Source of the DNA: an uncultured Verrucomicrobiae bacterium
GTDB lineage: Bacteria; Verrucomicrobiota; Verrucomicrobiia; Limisphaerales; Palsa-1400
Length of the DNA stretch: 64,000 nucleotides
NCBI GenBank assembly: GCA_963764165.1
Contig: CAVXRD010000002.1
Location: 192,001-256,000 of the forward strand
Direction: 5' to 3'
Shown: positions 1 to 9,325 of the stretch, one piece after another
How the letters are laid out: the number at the start of each line of letters is the position of its first letter
Position numbering within the stretch: position 1 is the first letter of the stretch
Program-made: the position numbers and the translations under genes
The notes under the pieces: model-generated
Database searches by the model: none
What the model was told of the DNA's origin: nothing
What the model saw: the letters and a program-made list of their open reading frames with translations, nothing else

Positions 1-2211
1 TATTTTGATTTCGGCAACACTCAGGTTCCAGCCCCGTCCGGGAATGAATCAATCTATGTCGGTTTTGGCGCCTACTCCGGCCTTTGGTTCGAGCACGGCC
101 CTTTCGACCCCACTCTATACACCAATATAAGCTTTTGGATCAACGGCGGCGCCGGCGGACAGCAGCTAACGCTCGAAGCCTCTTTCACGGTGGGCTTGGC
201 TAACGGGGTGCTCGATACCAATGACGTCATCGCTATCGGGCCCCTGGCGACCAATGTCTGGGAGCAATACAGCTTCCCGCTTTCCATGCTTGCCGCCGCG
301 ACGAACGCGAATCTCGACGGCTTTATCCTGATCAACGGCACAGGTGGCGATCTCCCCGCCATGTACGTGGCCGATGTCAAGCTGATCGCCGGCCTGCCGC
401 CCGCGCCAACAACCAATGTTTTGGTCATTGATGCCGCCGCCAATGCGCACCCGATCAGCAGCTTGATCTACGGCGTCGCCGAAACCGATTCCAACACGTT
501 ATCCGACCTGAATCTCACTGCCAACCGCTCGGGTGGAAATGAAGATGGCAGCACCTATAACTGGGCCGATGGCGTTCACGGCAAAGGCCAGGATTGGTAT
601 TTCGAGGCTATTCCAGATGATTCGCCAAATCCGGGATATTCAACGGACGAATTCATCTCTAACAGCGTGGCGGGCGGGGCGCAGCCGCTGGTTTCAATTC
701 CCATGATCGGCTGGAGTCCCAAACTCGGAACCAATCGCAGCATCATATGGAGCTATTCCATCGCAAAATATGGCCCGCAAGAATATTTCTCCCCGAACGT
801 TGGCGAAAGCGATGCTGGCAACGGGTTCAGCACCACCAATAATTCGCCCATCACCTGGAACGATCCCAACGACGCTTACTTTCCTGTCGGCACTAATTTT
901 CAAGCCGGCTATCTCAAACACTTGATCGGCCTGTGGGGCAAGTCGGACAAAGGCGGCGTCCCGTTCTACATCATGGACAACGAGCACAGCCTTTGGCACG
1001 CCACGCATCAGGACATCCATCCGCAGGGCGCGACCATGCAGGAAGTTCTATCCAAAATCGTCGATTACGCCAGCTTGGTAAAGAGCATGGACCCGTCGGC
1101 AAAGGTGCTCGCGCCTGAAGAATGGGGCTGGGAAGGCTATCTGTACAGCGGCTACGACCAGCAAAACCCGGGGCGCGCTGACCGCGCGGCCAACGGGGGC
1201 TGGGATTATATGCCTTGGCTCCTCAACCAGCTTTATCAGCATGACACCGCCACCGGCCAGCGACTGCTGGATTATTTCACCCTTCATTGCTACCCGCAGG
1301 GCGGCGAAGACAGCGACGACGTGACCGTCCCCACCGAACTCTTGCGCAATCGATCCACCCGGCAACTGTGGGATACAAACTATGTTGACGACAGTTGGCA
1401 GGAGGCAAACATCCAGTTGATCCCGCGCATGAAGAATTGGGTTTCAGCCAATTATCCCGGCACGAAAATCGGCGTTACCGAATACAACTGGGGCGCCGAT
1501 GATTCCATGAACGGCGCCACCACCCAAGCCGACATCCTTGGCATCTTCGGACGCGAGTCCCTTGACTTGGCCACGCGCTGGGGAACCCCGTCCAACACCA
1601 CACCGACCTACGAGGCGTTCAAAATGTATCGCAATTACGACGGCAAAAAATCGACCTTTGGGGATACCAGCGTCTCGGCCCTTCCCCAAAATCCGGACAA
1701 CGTGTCCGTCTTTGCCGCCAAACGCTCGGTGGATGGCGCGCTCACCATCATGGTTGTGTCAAAATATCTTTCTGGCACGGTGCCATTGACGATGACGATT
1801 ACGAATTTTTCGGCGACGGGAGTGGCGCAAGTCTGGCAGCTTAATTCCAACAACCCTTCCTCCATTCAACGCCTTGCCGACATTTCCTACGCGGGCCAAG
1901 CCTTGAATGCATCCGTCCCTGGCCCGAGCGTCACGCTGTATGTCATTTCGACCAACAGCCCGGCGCCGAGGATCACATCCGGCGCGCTTAGCGGAAATCG
2001 AATGGTGTTCAGCGGCCTGGATGGCCCCGCAAGAGGCGCCAATCACACACCTTATTCTTATTATGTTCTCACCTCGTCCAACCTTGCTCTGCCCCTGGCG
2101 AAATGGACGCCGATCGCGACCAACACATTTAACGCCGATGGCACCTTCAGCTTCACCAATCAAGTCAACGCCAGTTCGCAAGCGCAGTTTTTCACCATTG
2201 CCGTGCCATAA
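1..2211 (+). CDS. Secreted glycoside hydrolase family 44 (endoglucanase/xyloglucanase) with N-terminal carbohydrate-binding-like region and C-terminal Verrucomicrobia-type module; 5' end lies outside the window
   Basis: Frame is open from base 1 (tat ttt gat...). GH44-type motifs: ISSLIYGV, RSGGN..STYNW, YIMDNEHSLW (acid/base Glu), LLDYFTLHCYPQ, GVTEYNWG (nucleophile), QADILGIFGRE. Confidence 0.88.
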   Translation, partial: YFDFGNTQVPAPSGNESIYVGFGAYSGLWFEHGPFDPTLYTNISFWINGGAGGQQLTLEASFTVGLANGVLDTNDVIAIGPLATNVWEQYSFPLSMLAAATNANLDGFILINGTGGDLPAMYVADVKLIAGLPPAPTTNVLVIDAAANAHPISSLIYGVAETDSNTLSDLNLTANRSGGNEDGSTYNWADGVHGKGQDWYFEAIPDDSPNPGYSTDEFISNSVAGGAQPLVSIPMIGWSPKLGTNRSIIWSYSIAKYGPQEYFSPNVGESDAGNGFSTTNNSPITWNDPNDAYFPVGTNFQAGYLKHLIGLWGKSDKGGVPFYIMDNEHSLWHATHQDIHPQGATMQEVLSKIVDYASLVKSMDPSAKVLAPEEWGWEGYLYSGYDQQNPGRADRAANGGWDYMPWLLNQLYQHDTATGQRLLDYFTLHCYPQGGEDSDDVTVPTELLRNRSTRQLWDTNYVDDSWQEANIQLIPRMKNWVSANYPGTKIGVTEYNWGADDSMNGATTQADILGIFGRESLDLATRWGTPSNTTPTYEAFKMYRNYDGKKSTFGDTSVSALPQNPDNVSVFAAKRSVDGALTIMVVSKYLSGTVPLTMTITNFSATGVAQVWQLNSNNPSSIQRLADISYAGQALNASVPGPSVTLYVISTNSPAPRITSGALSGNRMVFSGLDGPARGANHTPYSYYVLTSSNLALPLAKWTPIATNTFNADGTFSFTNQVNASSQAQFFTIAVP

Positions 2212-2528
2212 GCTCACCACCGCACGCGTCAATGTCTCGGCCAAATCGAAAGCGAGACAGGGCGGCATCGACGGGGGTGATTAAGCGTAACGCAAATGGT
2301 AGCAACGCCTCGCCGAGGCGTCCGGGCCGACACGTGAAATTTTCATCACGCTGGAATTGGAGAGAGCCTCACCCCGGACGCCTCGGCGGAGACTGTCTTA
2401 AAACGTTTTAGTCTGGCCGATCTGGTTATATGGGCACCAATAGGGGCTGTGGAAACGGGTGTCAACTTTTAGTTGTCAGAGCGTGGCTGGCGTCAGCGAT
2501 GACGCCAAGCTTCCCTTTCCCTCCTTTT

Positions 2529-3989
2529 TTAGGCCGCCATCGCCAAATTTCCTTCAACCGCGGCGGTTTTGACTTCCATTTTCGGCGTCTGGACCCGGGC
2601 CTGCCACTTTTTATAGAGGATTCGCAGGTTCAAGGTGGCGCATAACAAGGCCCATTGGGCTTGCACGGCTTCCAGACCCCAAACTGTCCAACGCCGAAAG
2701 CCGTCGTGTTGCTTGAGCTGCCCAAACCGGCGTTCGATGATCTCTTTGCGCTTTCCATAAAGCGCGGCGGGTCCTGGCTCTTGCAGCCGGGCCCGCATGG
2801 CTTGCACCAGCGTGGTGTGCGGCCACACTTCGACTTGCCGCCCTTTGGGATCGCGGCTGCAGAGGGCGCGCACGGGACAGTCTCGGTGATGGCAGCGGAA
2901 GCGCTCAACGGTCTGGCCTTTCTTGGTGGTCTGGCCTTCGTGGTCCAGAAGGCGCTCTTGCGGGCAGGTGACGGTGTGGGCCGCCTCGTCATAATGAAAA
3001 TGCTGCGTCGCGTAGGCGTTGTCGTGGGCTGGCTTGCCCTCCGCCGGCGGGGCCAGCACATTCATCTGCTGTTCCACGGCCGCTTTCAAGTCGGCCCCGC
3101 CCCCATAGCCGGCGTCGGCGGCGGTGAGGGTTGGAATGGCCGCCGGACCGAGGTTTTGCCTCGCTTCTTCAATCATGGGGACCAGCTGGCCGGCGTCGGT
3201 TTCCTGGCGGGTGGCTTGACAGGCGACCATGATGCCCTCCTGGCTGTCGGCCACCGCCTGGGCGTTGTAGGCAAAGCGGTTGGTGTCGCCGACTTTCATC
3301 CGGCGCGCCTCCGGTTCGGCTGGATGGTAATGGTGGCGCCCGTCGGCCTGCAGCTGGGCCAGGCCTTTTTTGATTTCCTCGCGCAGGGCCTGGCGCTGGG
3401 CCAACCCGGCGGGCAGCCGGCAGCCCGGTGCGCTGGAATCCTGGTTCTCCGCCACGACTTTGAGCTCGATTTCCTCCAAGGCGCCATCCAGCTGGGCCAG
3501 GAGCTTCTCCATGTAAACCTTGCTCCAGCCCTGCGGCCCGCTGCAGGCGGCTTGAATCTTGGTGCCGTCCAACGCTTGCAAGGCAAATCCCACCGCCCCG
3601 GTGCGGAGGGCCAGCTGCACGGTTTGCTTGAAAACCTGGCGCAGGGCCTTTTTGTTTCCGTCCCAGAACCGCCAGAGGCTGTTGTGGTCGGGGGCGTTGA
3701 GCCCCGTCAGCCACAGCAGCGAGACATGCTCCGTGCAGGCGGTTTCCAGCTTGCGGGTGGAGCGAATGCGGTGGAAATAACCGTAAAGCCAAATCTTGAG
3801 CAGGAGGCTGGGGGCATAGGGCGGACGGCCTTCGGCGGCGGCGGGAATGACAAACCCAAGCTGGGGCAGATCCAACTGGTCGACAAATTCGCGCAGGAAG
3901 CGGGCGGGATGGTCGGCGGACACCCAGTCCTCCAGGGCGGGCGGGAGGAGGAACTGCTGTCCGTAATCAGGGGCAATCGGTTGAGCCAT
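2529..3989 (-). CDS. IS1182-family DDE transposase
   Basis: N-terminal LLPPALEDWV..DHPARF, GRPPY.P..LLKIWLYGY, STRKLE; DDE motifs ALDGTKI, AADAGY, KRKEIIERRFGQLK; Cys-rich insert. Confidence 0.95.
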   Translation of the reverse strand: MAQPIAPDYGQQFLLPPALEDWVSADHPARFLREFVDQLDLPQLGFVIPAAAEGRPPYAPSLLLKIWLYGYFHRIRSTRKLETACTEHVSLLWLTGLNAPDHNSLWRFWDGNKKALRQVFKQTVQLALRTGAVGFALQALDGTKIQAACSGPQGWSKVYMEKLLAQLDGALEEIELKVVAENQDSSAPGCRLPAGLAQRQALREEIKKGLAQLQADGRHHYHPAEPEARRMKVGDTNRFAYNAQAVADSQEGIMVACQATRQETDAGQLVPMIEEARQNLGPAAIPTLTAADAGYGGGADLKAAVEQQMNVLAPPAEGKPAHDNAYATQHFHYDEAAHTVTCPQERLLDHEGQTTKKGQTVERFRCHHRDCPVRALCSRDPKGRQVEVWPHTTLVQAMRARLQEPGPAALYGKRKEIIERRFGQLKQHDGFRRWTVWGLEAVQAQWALLCATLNLRILYKKWQARVQTPKMEVKTAAVEGNLAMAA

Positions 3990-4003
3990 ATTTGTTGAAC
4001 GGC

Positions 4004-4033
4004 ATTGTCAACTAAAGGCTCACATATTGTCAA
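4004..4033 (-). promoter_or_regulatory. Candidate sigma70 promoter of the transposase (also in copy 2, 30399-30428)
   Basis: Minus strand TTGACA (4033-4028), 18-nt spacer, GACAAT (4009-4004), just upstream of the ATG at 3989. Confidence 0.45.
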
Positions 4034-4192
4034 ATACATTCCTCAAAAAACAGAAGTTTTGAGACAATCTCTGCGAGGCGTCCCTACCTGGCTTCGCGAC
4101 CAAAATCTCGCGGGCTTTCAATCGCGCTTGCCTCGCCCGGTGGTCCCCACCAATGCTTGTTTTTGGCCCTGCGTGGGCTACCCTCCTCCTTC

Positions 4193-5434
4193 GTGATCGA
4201 ATCTCTAAATCCCAGGCGCACCATCGAGGAATTGAAGGAGCTTCGCGCTTTGACGGGCGACGAAAATGGCGCCCAGCGGGTGGCTTTCACAAAGACCTGG
4301 CTCACCGCGCGCGCGTGGCTTCGCCAAAAATTGGAGGCGCTGCCAGTCGAAATTCATAATGATGCGGCGGGCAATACGTGGACAACTTTGCGGGGAAAAT
4401 CCGAACGGGCCTTGCTCATCGGCGGCCATATGGATTCTGTTCCCAACGGCGGCTGGCTCGATGGCTGCCTGAATGTGCTGGCGGGATTGGAAGTGCTGCG
4501 CCGCATCAACGCCGAATTTAACGGCCAGCCTCCCATCACCGTGCGCCTCGTCGATTGGGCGGATGAAGAAGGCGCTCGCTTCGGGAAGAGCCTTTTTGGA
4601 TCTTCCGCCTGCTCAGGCAATTTGAATTTGGATGAAGCGCGGGGGCTGAAAGACAAGGACGGCATCCGGCTGCCGGATGCGCTGAAGGAAATCGGCGTGG
4701 ATTTTGAGCGGGTGAAGGATTCCGGCGCGGAATTGAAAAATGCGGCGGCTTATTTGGAACTGCACATTGAGCAGGGGCCGGTGTTGCTGGATATGAATTT
4801 GCCGCTGGGCGCGGTGTTGGGAACATTCGGCGTTGAGCGCCACGCCATCACGTTTCACGGGCAGGCCGCCCATTCCGGCAGCACGCCGATGAACCGGCGC
4901 AAGGACGCGTTTCTCGCGGCAGGAAAAATGGCGGCGGAGATTTATCCCATCGCCGACCGGCACGGCGGCGTTTGCACCATCGGCTCATGCTCAACCAAAC
5001 CGGGAATTGTGACGAGCGTGGTCGAGGATTGCCGCATCACCCTCGACCAGCGCCATCTCGACGCCGCGAAATTGGCTGCCATGCTGATTGACGCCCGCAC
5101 GGCCGCCGCCAAATTTGCCGCCGAAGGAAATGTCACCGTTTCGTGGGAGCGTTTGTGGCAGATTGAACCGGTGCATTTTGATCCGATTCTCATTGGATTT
5201 TGTTACGACGCCATTGGTGAAGTCTGCGAAACGAGCCATCGACTTCCGTCCGGCCCGCTGCACGACGCCGCTGAAGTCGCGCGCGCGGGCGTGCCGACGG
5301 TGATGATGTTCGTTCAGAGCCTGCATGGCATCAGCCATAATAAAATTGAGGATACGCTTGAGGAGCATCTCGAACTTTGCGTGGCGGCGTTCGACAAATT
5401 GGCCAACAAAGCCATGCAGTGGATTGAGGGCTGA
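4193..5434 (+). CDS. Zn-dependent amidohydrolase, allantoate amidohydrolase / N-carbamoyl-L-amino acid hydrolase (M20) family
   Basis: GGHMDSVPNGGWLDG, DEEGARFG, YLELHIEQGP, HSGSTPM, SGPLHDA, GISHN motifs; start taken at GTG 4193; adjacent to xanthine dehydrogenase. Confidence 0.9.
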   Translation: MIESLNPRRTIEELKELRALTGDENGAQRVAFTKTWLTARAWLRQKLEALPVEIHNDAAGNTWTTLRGKSERALLIGGHMDSVPNGGWLDGCLNVLAGLEVLRRINAEFNGQPPITVRLVDWADEEGARFGKSLFGSSACSGNLNLDEARGLKDKDGIRLPDALKEIGVDFERVKDSGAELKNAAAYLELHIEQGPVLLDMNLPLGAVLGTFGVERHAITFHGQAAHSGSTPMNRRKDAFLAAGKMAAEIYPIADRHGGVCTIGSCSTKPGIVTSVVEDCRITLDQRHLDAAKLAAMLIDARTAAAKFAAEGNVTVSWERLWQIEPVHFDPILIGFCYDAIGEVCETSHRLPSGPLHDAAEVARAGVPTVMMFVQSLHGISHNKIEDTLEEHLELCVAAFDKLANKAMQWIEG

Positions 5435-5436
5435 CG

Positions 5437-8400
5437 ATGGGAGACGCGCTCGATTTTACGCTGAATGGCCAGACGGTCCGGTTCGACAAGCGCTCCCCCA
5501 ACACCACCCTGCTGGATTTTCTCCGCGCGCGCGGCCTGACCGGCACGAAGGAAGGCTGCGCGGAAGGCGATTGCGGAGCGTGCTCGGTGGCTGTGATCGA
5601 GCGCGATGCCTCCGGCAAAACGGTGCTGCGCGCAATCAATAGCTGTCTCACGCCCGTCTGCCTGCTGGCCGGGCGCGAAGTGATTTCGGTGGAAGGTCTT
5701 GGAACAAAGGACGCGCTGCATCCGGTTCAACGCGAAATGGCGCAGCGCCACGGCTCCCAATGCGGCTACTGCACGCCGGGTTTCATTTGCTCCATGGCGG
5801 AAGGATTTTACCGGGACGATGTCAACACGGGAGACGACATCGACGATCAGCTTTCCGGCAATCTGTGCCGTTGCACCGGCTACCGTCCGATTCGCGAAGC
5901 GGCGGTGGCGGCGCTCGCGCATCAGCCGCACGCCCACCGCCATGACGCCATCGCCAATCGGTTGAAGGAAGAGTGCCGCGAATTATCCGCCGCGAATTAC
6001 GAATTCGGCGGCGAGCGTTTTTTCCGTCCCAATGCGCTGGCGGATGTTTTCAAGTTGATGCGCGAATTTCCCGAGGCGCGGTTGATCGCCGGGGCGACTG
6101 AACTCGGCGTGGATATTGCCAAGCGCTTTCGAAAATTTCCCACGCTGATTTCGCTGGAGGCGGTGGCGGAATTGCAAGGCATCGACGCGAAGGAAGATTC
6201 CTGGCGAATCGGCGCGGCTGTCAAGTTGACGGAAATTGAGGATGCGCTGGGTGAGGAATTTCCCGTGCTTGGGGCGATGCTGCGGGCGTTCGGTTCGCGC
6301 CAAATTCGCAACCGCGCGACGATGGCGGGGAATATCGTGACTGCCTCGCCCATCGGCGACAGCGCGCCTTTGCTTCTGGCGCTGGATGCGTCGCTGACCT
6401 TGGCTTCCGCGAAGGGCGAGCGCACGGTCCTCATTGCGGATTTTTTCACAGGCTATCGCAAGACAGTTTTGCAGGCGGGCGAAATTCTTAAGACGATCAT
6501 TATTCCGCGCATCGGTTTTGATTCGGCGTTATTTCGGCACTCCCGCTGGTATAAAGTTTCGCGCCGGCGCGAGATGGACATCAGCACGGTGGCGGGTTGC
6601 TTTGTAGTTGACATCGATTCTGACGATGTGGTTCGCCATGTCCGGATGGCGTTTGGCGGCGTCGCCGTTTCGCCGAAGCGCGCCCTGAAAGCGGAAGCCG
6701 CCCTGCTCGATCAACCGTGGTCGCAGGAAACCATGGCTCGCATGCTTCCTGTTCTCGGCGCGGAGTTTGAGCCGATTACCGATGTTCGCGGCACGAAGGA
6801 ATATCGTCTCGGCCTGGTGACAAGTTTGCTCGAGAAGTTTTTCACCGAGTTCAATTCCGACGAGGAAATCCCCGAGCCATCGTGGCCAAATCCTTCCCCC
6901 ATCAACGCCTCACCGCACGAAAGCGCGCACAAACACGTCACCGGCGAGGCAATCTACACCGATGACGACGCGGCCAAGCGAAACATGCTCGAAACGTGGC
7001 CCGTCTGCTCGCCGCATGCGCGGGCGAAAATTCTGCGCCGCGATGCCTCCGCCGCCCGCGCGATGCCCGGAATTGCCGCGGTGCTCCTGGCCGAGGATAT
7101 TCCGGGCGAAAACAATGTTGGCGGCGTCAAGAAAGATGAAATTCTCCTCGCCGATTCGGAAGTGATGTATCACAGCCATCTGGTCGCGCTGGTGATTGGT
7201 GAAACCGCCGAAGCCTGCCGCGCCGCCGCCGCCAAGGTCGTCGTCGAATACGAACCGCTCGAACCGGTGCTTACGCTGCGGCAGGCGATCGAAAAACAAT
7301 CGTTCCACAACGAACCGAATTTCATCCGGCGCGGCACCGTTTACAACGCGCTCGAAAAATCTCCCGTCCGCATCGAAGGCGAATTTGAGATGGGCGGGCA
7401 GGAGCATTTTTATTTGGAGATGCAAGCGGCCTGGGCCGAGCCGGGCGAGGACGGTGGCGTGTTCGTGATGTCCTCGACGCAGCATCCATCGGAAGTGCAG
7501 CACACCATCGCGCATGTGCTGCATGTCCCGGTGAGCCGCGTTGTCGTGCAATGTCCGCGCATGGGCGGCGGTTTCGGCGGAAAAGAAACCCAGGCGGCCA
7601 CACCCGCCGCGCTGGCTGCGCTGGCCGCGAGCAAAACCGGGCGCGCCGTGCGCGTGCGCCTCAATCGCGACCAGGACATGGCGATCTTCGGGCATCGGCA
7701 CCCCTTCCTGGCCAAGTTTGAAGCCGGTTGCGACGAGCAAGGAATTTTGACCGCTGCGCGAATTCACCTTTGGTCGAACGGCGGATGGGCGCTGGATTTG
7801 TCGCAAGCCGTGACGGACCGGGCTTTATTTCATCTTGACAACTCTTATTACATTCCGGCGGTGGAATTTCGCGGGCAGGTGGCGAAAACGAATCTTTCGT
7901 CCAACACCGCCTTTCGCGGATTCGGCGGCCCGCAGGGAATGCTTGTCATTGAGGAAATCATGGATCGGCTGGCGCGCCGGTTGAATTTGCCGCCGGAATT
8001 GGTGCGCGAGCGGAATTTGTATCGCGGCAACGGCGCGTCGAACACGACGCATTACGGCCAGGAACTTGAGGACAATCGCCTTCAAACAATCTGGCACGAG
8101 TTGAAAGCCAGCAGCCACTTCGCGGAACGCCGGACGGAAATCGCGCGGTGGAATGCGGCGCATCCCCATCGCAAACGCGGCCTGGCCATGACGCCGGTGA
8201 AGTTTGGCATCAGCTTCACCGTCTCGCATTTGAACCAGGCGGGCGCGCTCGTCTTGATTTACCAGGACGGCACGGTGCAAGTGAACCACGGCGGGACGGA
8301 AATGGGCCAGGGCGTCAATACGAATATGCGCGCCATCGCCGCGATTGAATTCGGCCTGCCCTTGGAGGCGGTCCGCGTCATGCCAACGCGCACCGACAAA

Positions 8401-9201
8401 GTCCCCAACACCTCCGCCTCCGCCGCCTCGGCCACCACCGATCTCAACGGCGCCGCTGTCAAGAAAGCGTGCGAGGTTTTGCGGGCCCGACTGGCTGGAG
8501 TCGCCGCGGGCATCATGGGCATCTCCGTGCAAAACGTGAATTTCGCGGACGGCAAAGTTTTTGTGGGCGACGCGCGCGAGCGGCGCGAATTCCCGTTCAG
8601 CGAAATTGTGCGGCAAGCCTATCTGTCGCGCGTCAGCCTTTCGGCCACCGGCTATTACGCGACTCCCGGGATTCATTGGGATCGCGCGGCCGGGCGCGGG
8701 CATCCCTTCTTGTATTTCGCCTGCGGCGCGGCGGCGGTCGAAGTCGAAGTCGATGGTTTTACCGGAATGTCGCGCGTCCTGCGGGCCGATATTTTGCAGG
8801 ACGTCGGCAATTCGATTAACGAAGGAATCAATCGCGGCCAGGTCGAAGGCGGATTCATCCAGGGCATGGGCTGGCTGACCAACGAAGAACTCAAATGGGA
8901 CGGCCAAGGCCGGCTGCTAACCCATTCACCCGACACCTACAAAATTCCATCGGTGGGCGACACGCCGCTCGTGTTCAATGTGACGTTTCTCAAGAACGCC
9001 GCGCAAAAGAATGTCGTCCACGGCAGCAAGGCCGTCGGCGAACCGCCGTTTATGCTCGCCATCGCGGTGCGTGAAGCGCTGCGCGACGCGGTCGCGGCCT
9101 TCGGCCGCGCTGGCGCCCAAATCCAACTCGATTCGCCTGCCACCCACGAAGCCATCTTCCACGCCATCGGCCAGCGTACTCGTTCCAAGCCCTCCGCTTG
9201 A
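5437..9201 (+). CDS. xdhAB: Xanthine dehydrogenase, fused XdhA (2x2Fe-2S, FAD) and XdhB (molybdopterin) in one chain
   Basis: GTKEGCAEGDCGAC, QCGYCTPGF, GNLCRCTGY, QIRNRAT.AGN; then GGQEHFYLE, GGGFGGKE, TAFRGFGGPQG, SKAVGEPP. Confidence 0.93.
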   Translation: MGDALDFTLNGQTVRFDKRSPNTTLLDFLRARGLTGTKEGCAEGDCGACSVAVIERDASGKTVLRAINSCLTPVCLLAGREVISVEGLGTKDALHPVQREMAQRHGSQCGYCTPGFICSMAEGFYRDDVNTGDDIDDQLSGNLCRCTGYRPIREAAVAALAHQPHAHRHDAIANRLKEECRELSAANYEFGGERFFRPNALADVFKLMREFPEARLIAGATELGVDIAKRFRKFPTLISLEAVAELQGIDAKEDSWRIGAAVKLTEIEDALGEEFPVLGAMLRAFGSRQIRNRATMAGNIVTASPIGDSAPLLLALDASLTLASAKGERTVLIADFFTGYRKTVLQAGEILKTIIIPRIGFDSALFRHSRWYKVSRRREMDISTVAGCFVVDIDSDDVVRHVRMAFGGVAVSPKRALKAEAALLDQPWSQETMARMLPVLGAEFEPITDVRGTKEYRLGLVTSLLEKFFTEFNSDEEIPEPSWPNPSPINASPHESAHKHVTGEAIYTDDDAAKRNMLETWPVCSPHARAKILRRDASAARAMPGIAAVLLAEDIPGENNVGGVKKDEILLADSEVMYHSHLVALVIGETAEACRAAAAKVVVEYEPLEPVLTLRQAIEKQSFHNEPNFIRRGTVYNALEKSPVRIEGEFEMGGQEHFYLEMQAAWAEPGEDGGVFVMSSTQHPSEVQHTIAHVLHVPVSRVVVQCPRMGGGFGGKETQAATPAALAALAASKTGRAVRVRLNRDQDMAIFGHRHPFLAKFEAGCDEQGILTAARIHLWSNGGWALDLSQAVTDRALFHLDNSYYIPAVEFRGQVAKTNLSSNTAFRGFGGPQGMLVIEEIMDRLARRLNLPPELVRERNLYRGNGASNTTHYGQELEDNRLQTIWHELKASSHFAERRTEIARWNAAHPHRKRGLAMTPVKFGISFTVSHLNQAGALVLIYQDGTVQVNHGGTEMGQGVNTNMRAIAAIEFGLPLEAVRVMPTRTDKVPNTSASAASATTDLNGAAVKKACEVLRARLAGVAAGIMGISVQNVNFADGKVFVGDARERREFPFSEIVRQAYLSRVSLSATGYYATPGIHWDRAAGRGHPFLYFACGAAAVEVEVDGFTGMSRVLRADILQDVGNSINEGINRGQVEGGFIQGMGWLTNEELKWDGQGRLLTHSPDTYKIPSVGDTPLVFNVTFLKNAAQKNVVHGSKAVGEPPFMLAIAVREALRDAVAAFGRAGAQIQLDSPATHEAIFHAIGQRTRSKPSA

Positions 9202-9265
9202 CGTTTAACTGCCATAGCTTTGCCCGGCGCCCCCGAAAAAACGGGCGCGCGGTAATTCTTGGCCG

Positions 9266-9290
9266 GGACGACTCGGCGAGGCCTCCCTGC
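9266..9290 (-). repeat. Solo degenerate REP of the same family
   Basis: ggacgactcggcgaggcctcc+ctgc: 2 arm mismatches versus ggacgcctcggcgaggcgtcc, tag GCAG instead of GTAG. Confidence 0.7.
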
Positions 9291-9325
9291 CATCTATATG
9301 GCAATGCGCTGGGGAGTCGTGTATC

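Larger units (their letters stand above)
2389..4072 (-). mobile_element. IS1182-family insertion sequence, copy 1 (~1.68 kb)
   Basis: TIRs GAGACTGTCTTAAAAC (2389-2404) and GTTTTGAGACAATCTC (4056-4071); short GC/GCG duplication of the REP loop; second copy at offset +26395. Confidence 0.93.
2299..4087. repeat. GTAG-tagged REP doublet (REPIN-like) whose right REP is interrupted by IS1182
   Basis: GTAG+caacgcctcgccgaggcgtcc (2299-2323), 52-nt spacer, then ggacgcctcggcg [IS] gcgaggcgtcc+CTAC (2376-2388 / 4073-4087). Confidence 0.85.

Noticed and set aside
2258..2272. cagggcggcatcgac as a MITE TIR beside IS copy 1
   Set aside because: Only partial similarity to the 22-bp TIR; no partner TIR or TSD after 4087.
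2655..3998. 447-aa antisense ORF across the transposase (also 29050-30393)
   Set aside because: Shadow ORF typical of GC-rich codon usage; no recognisable motifs.
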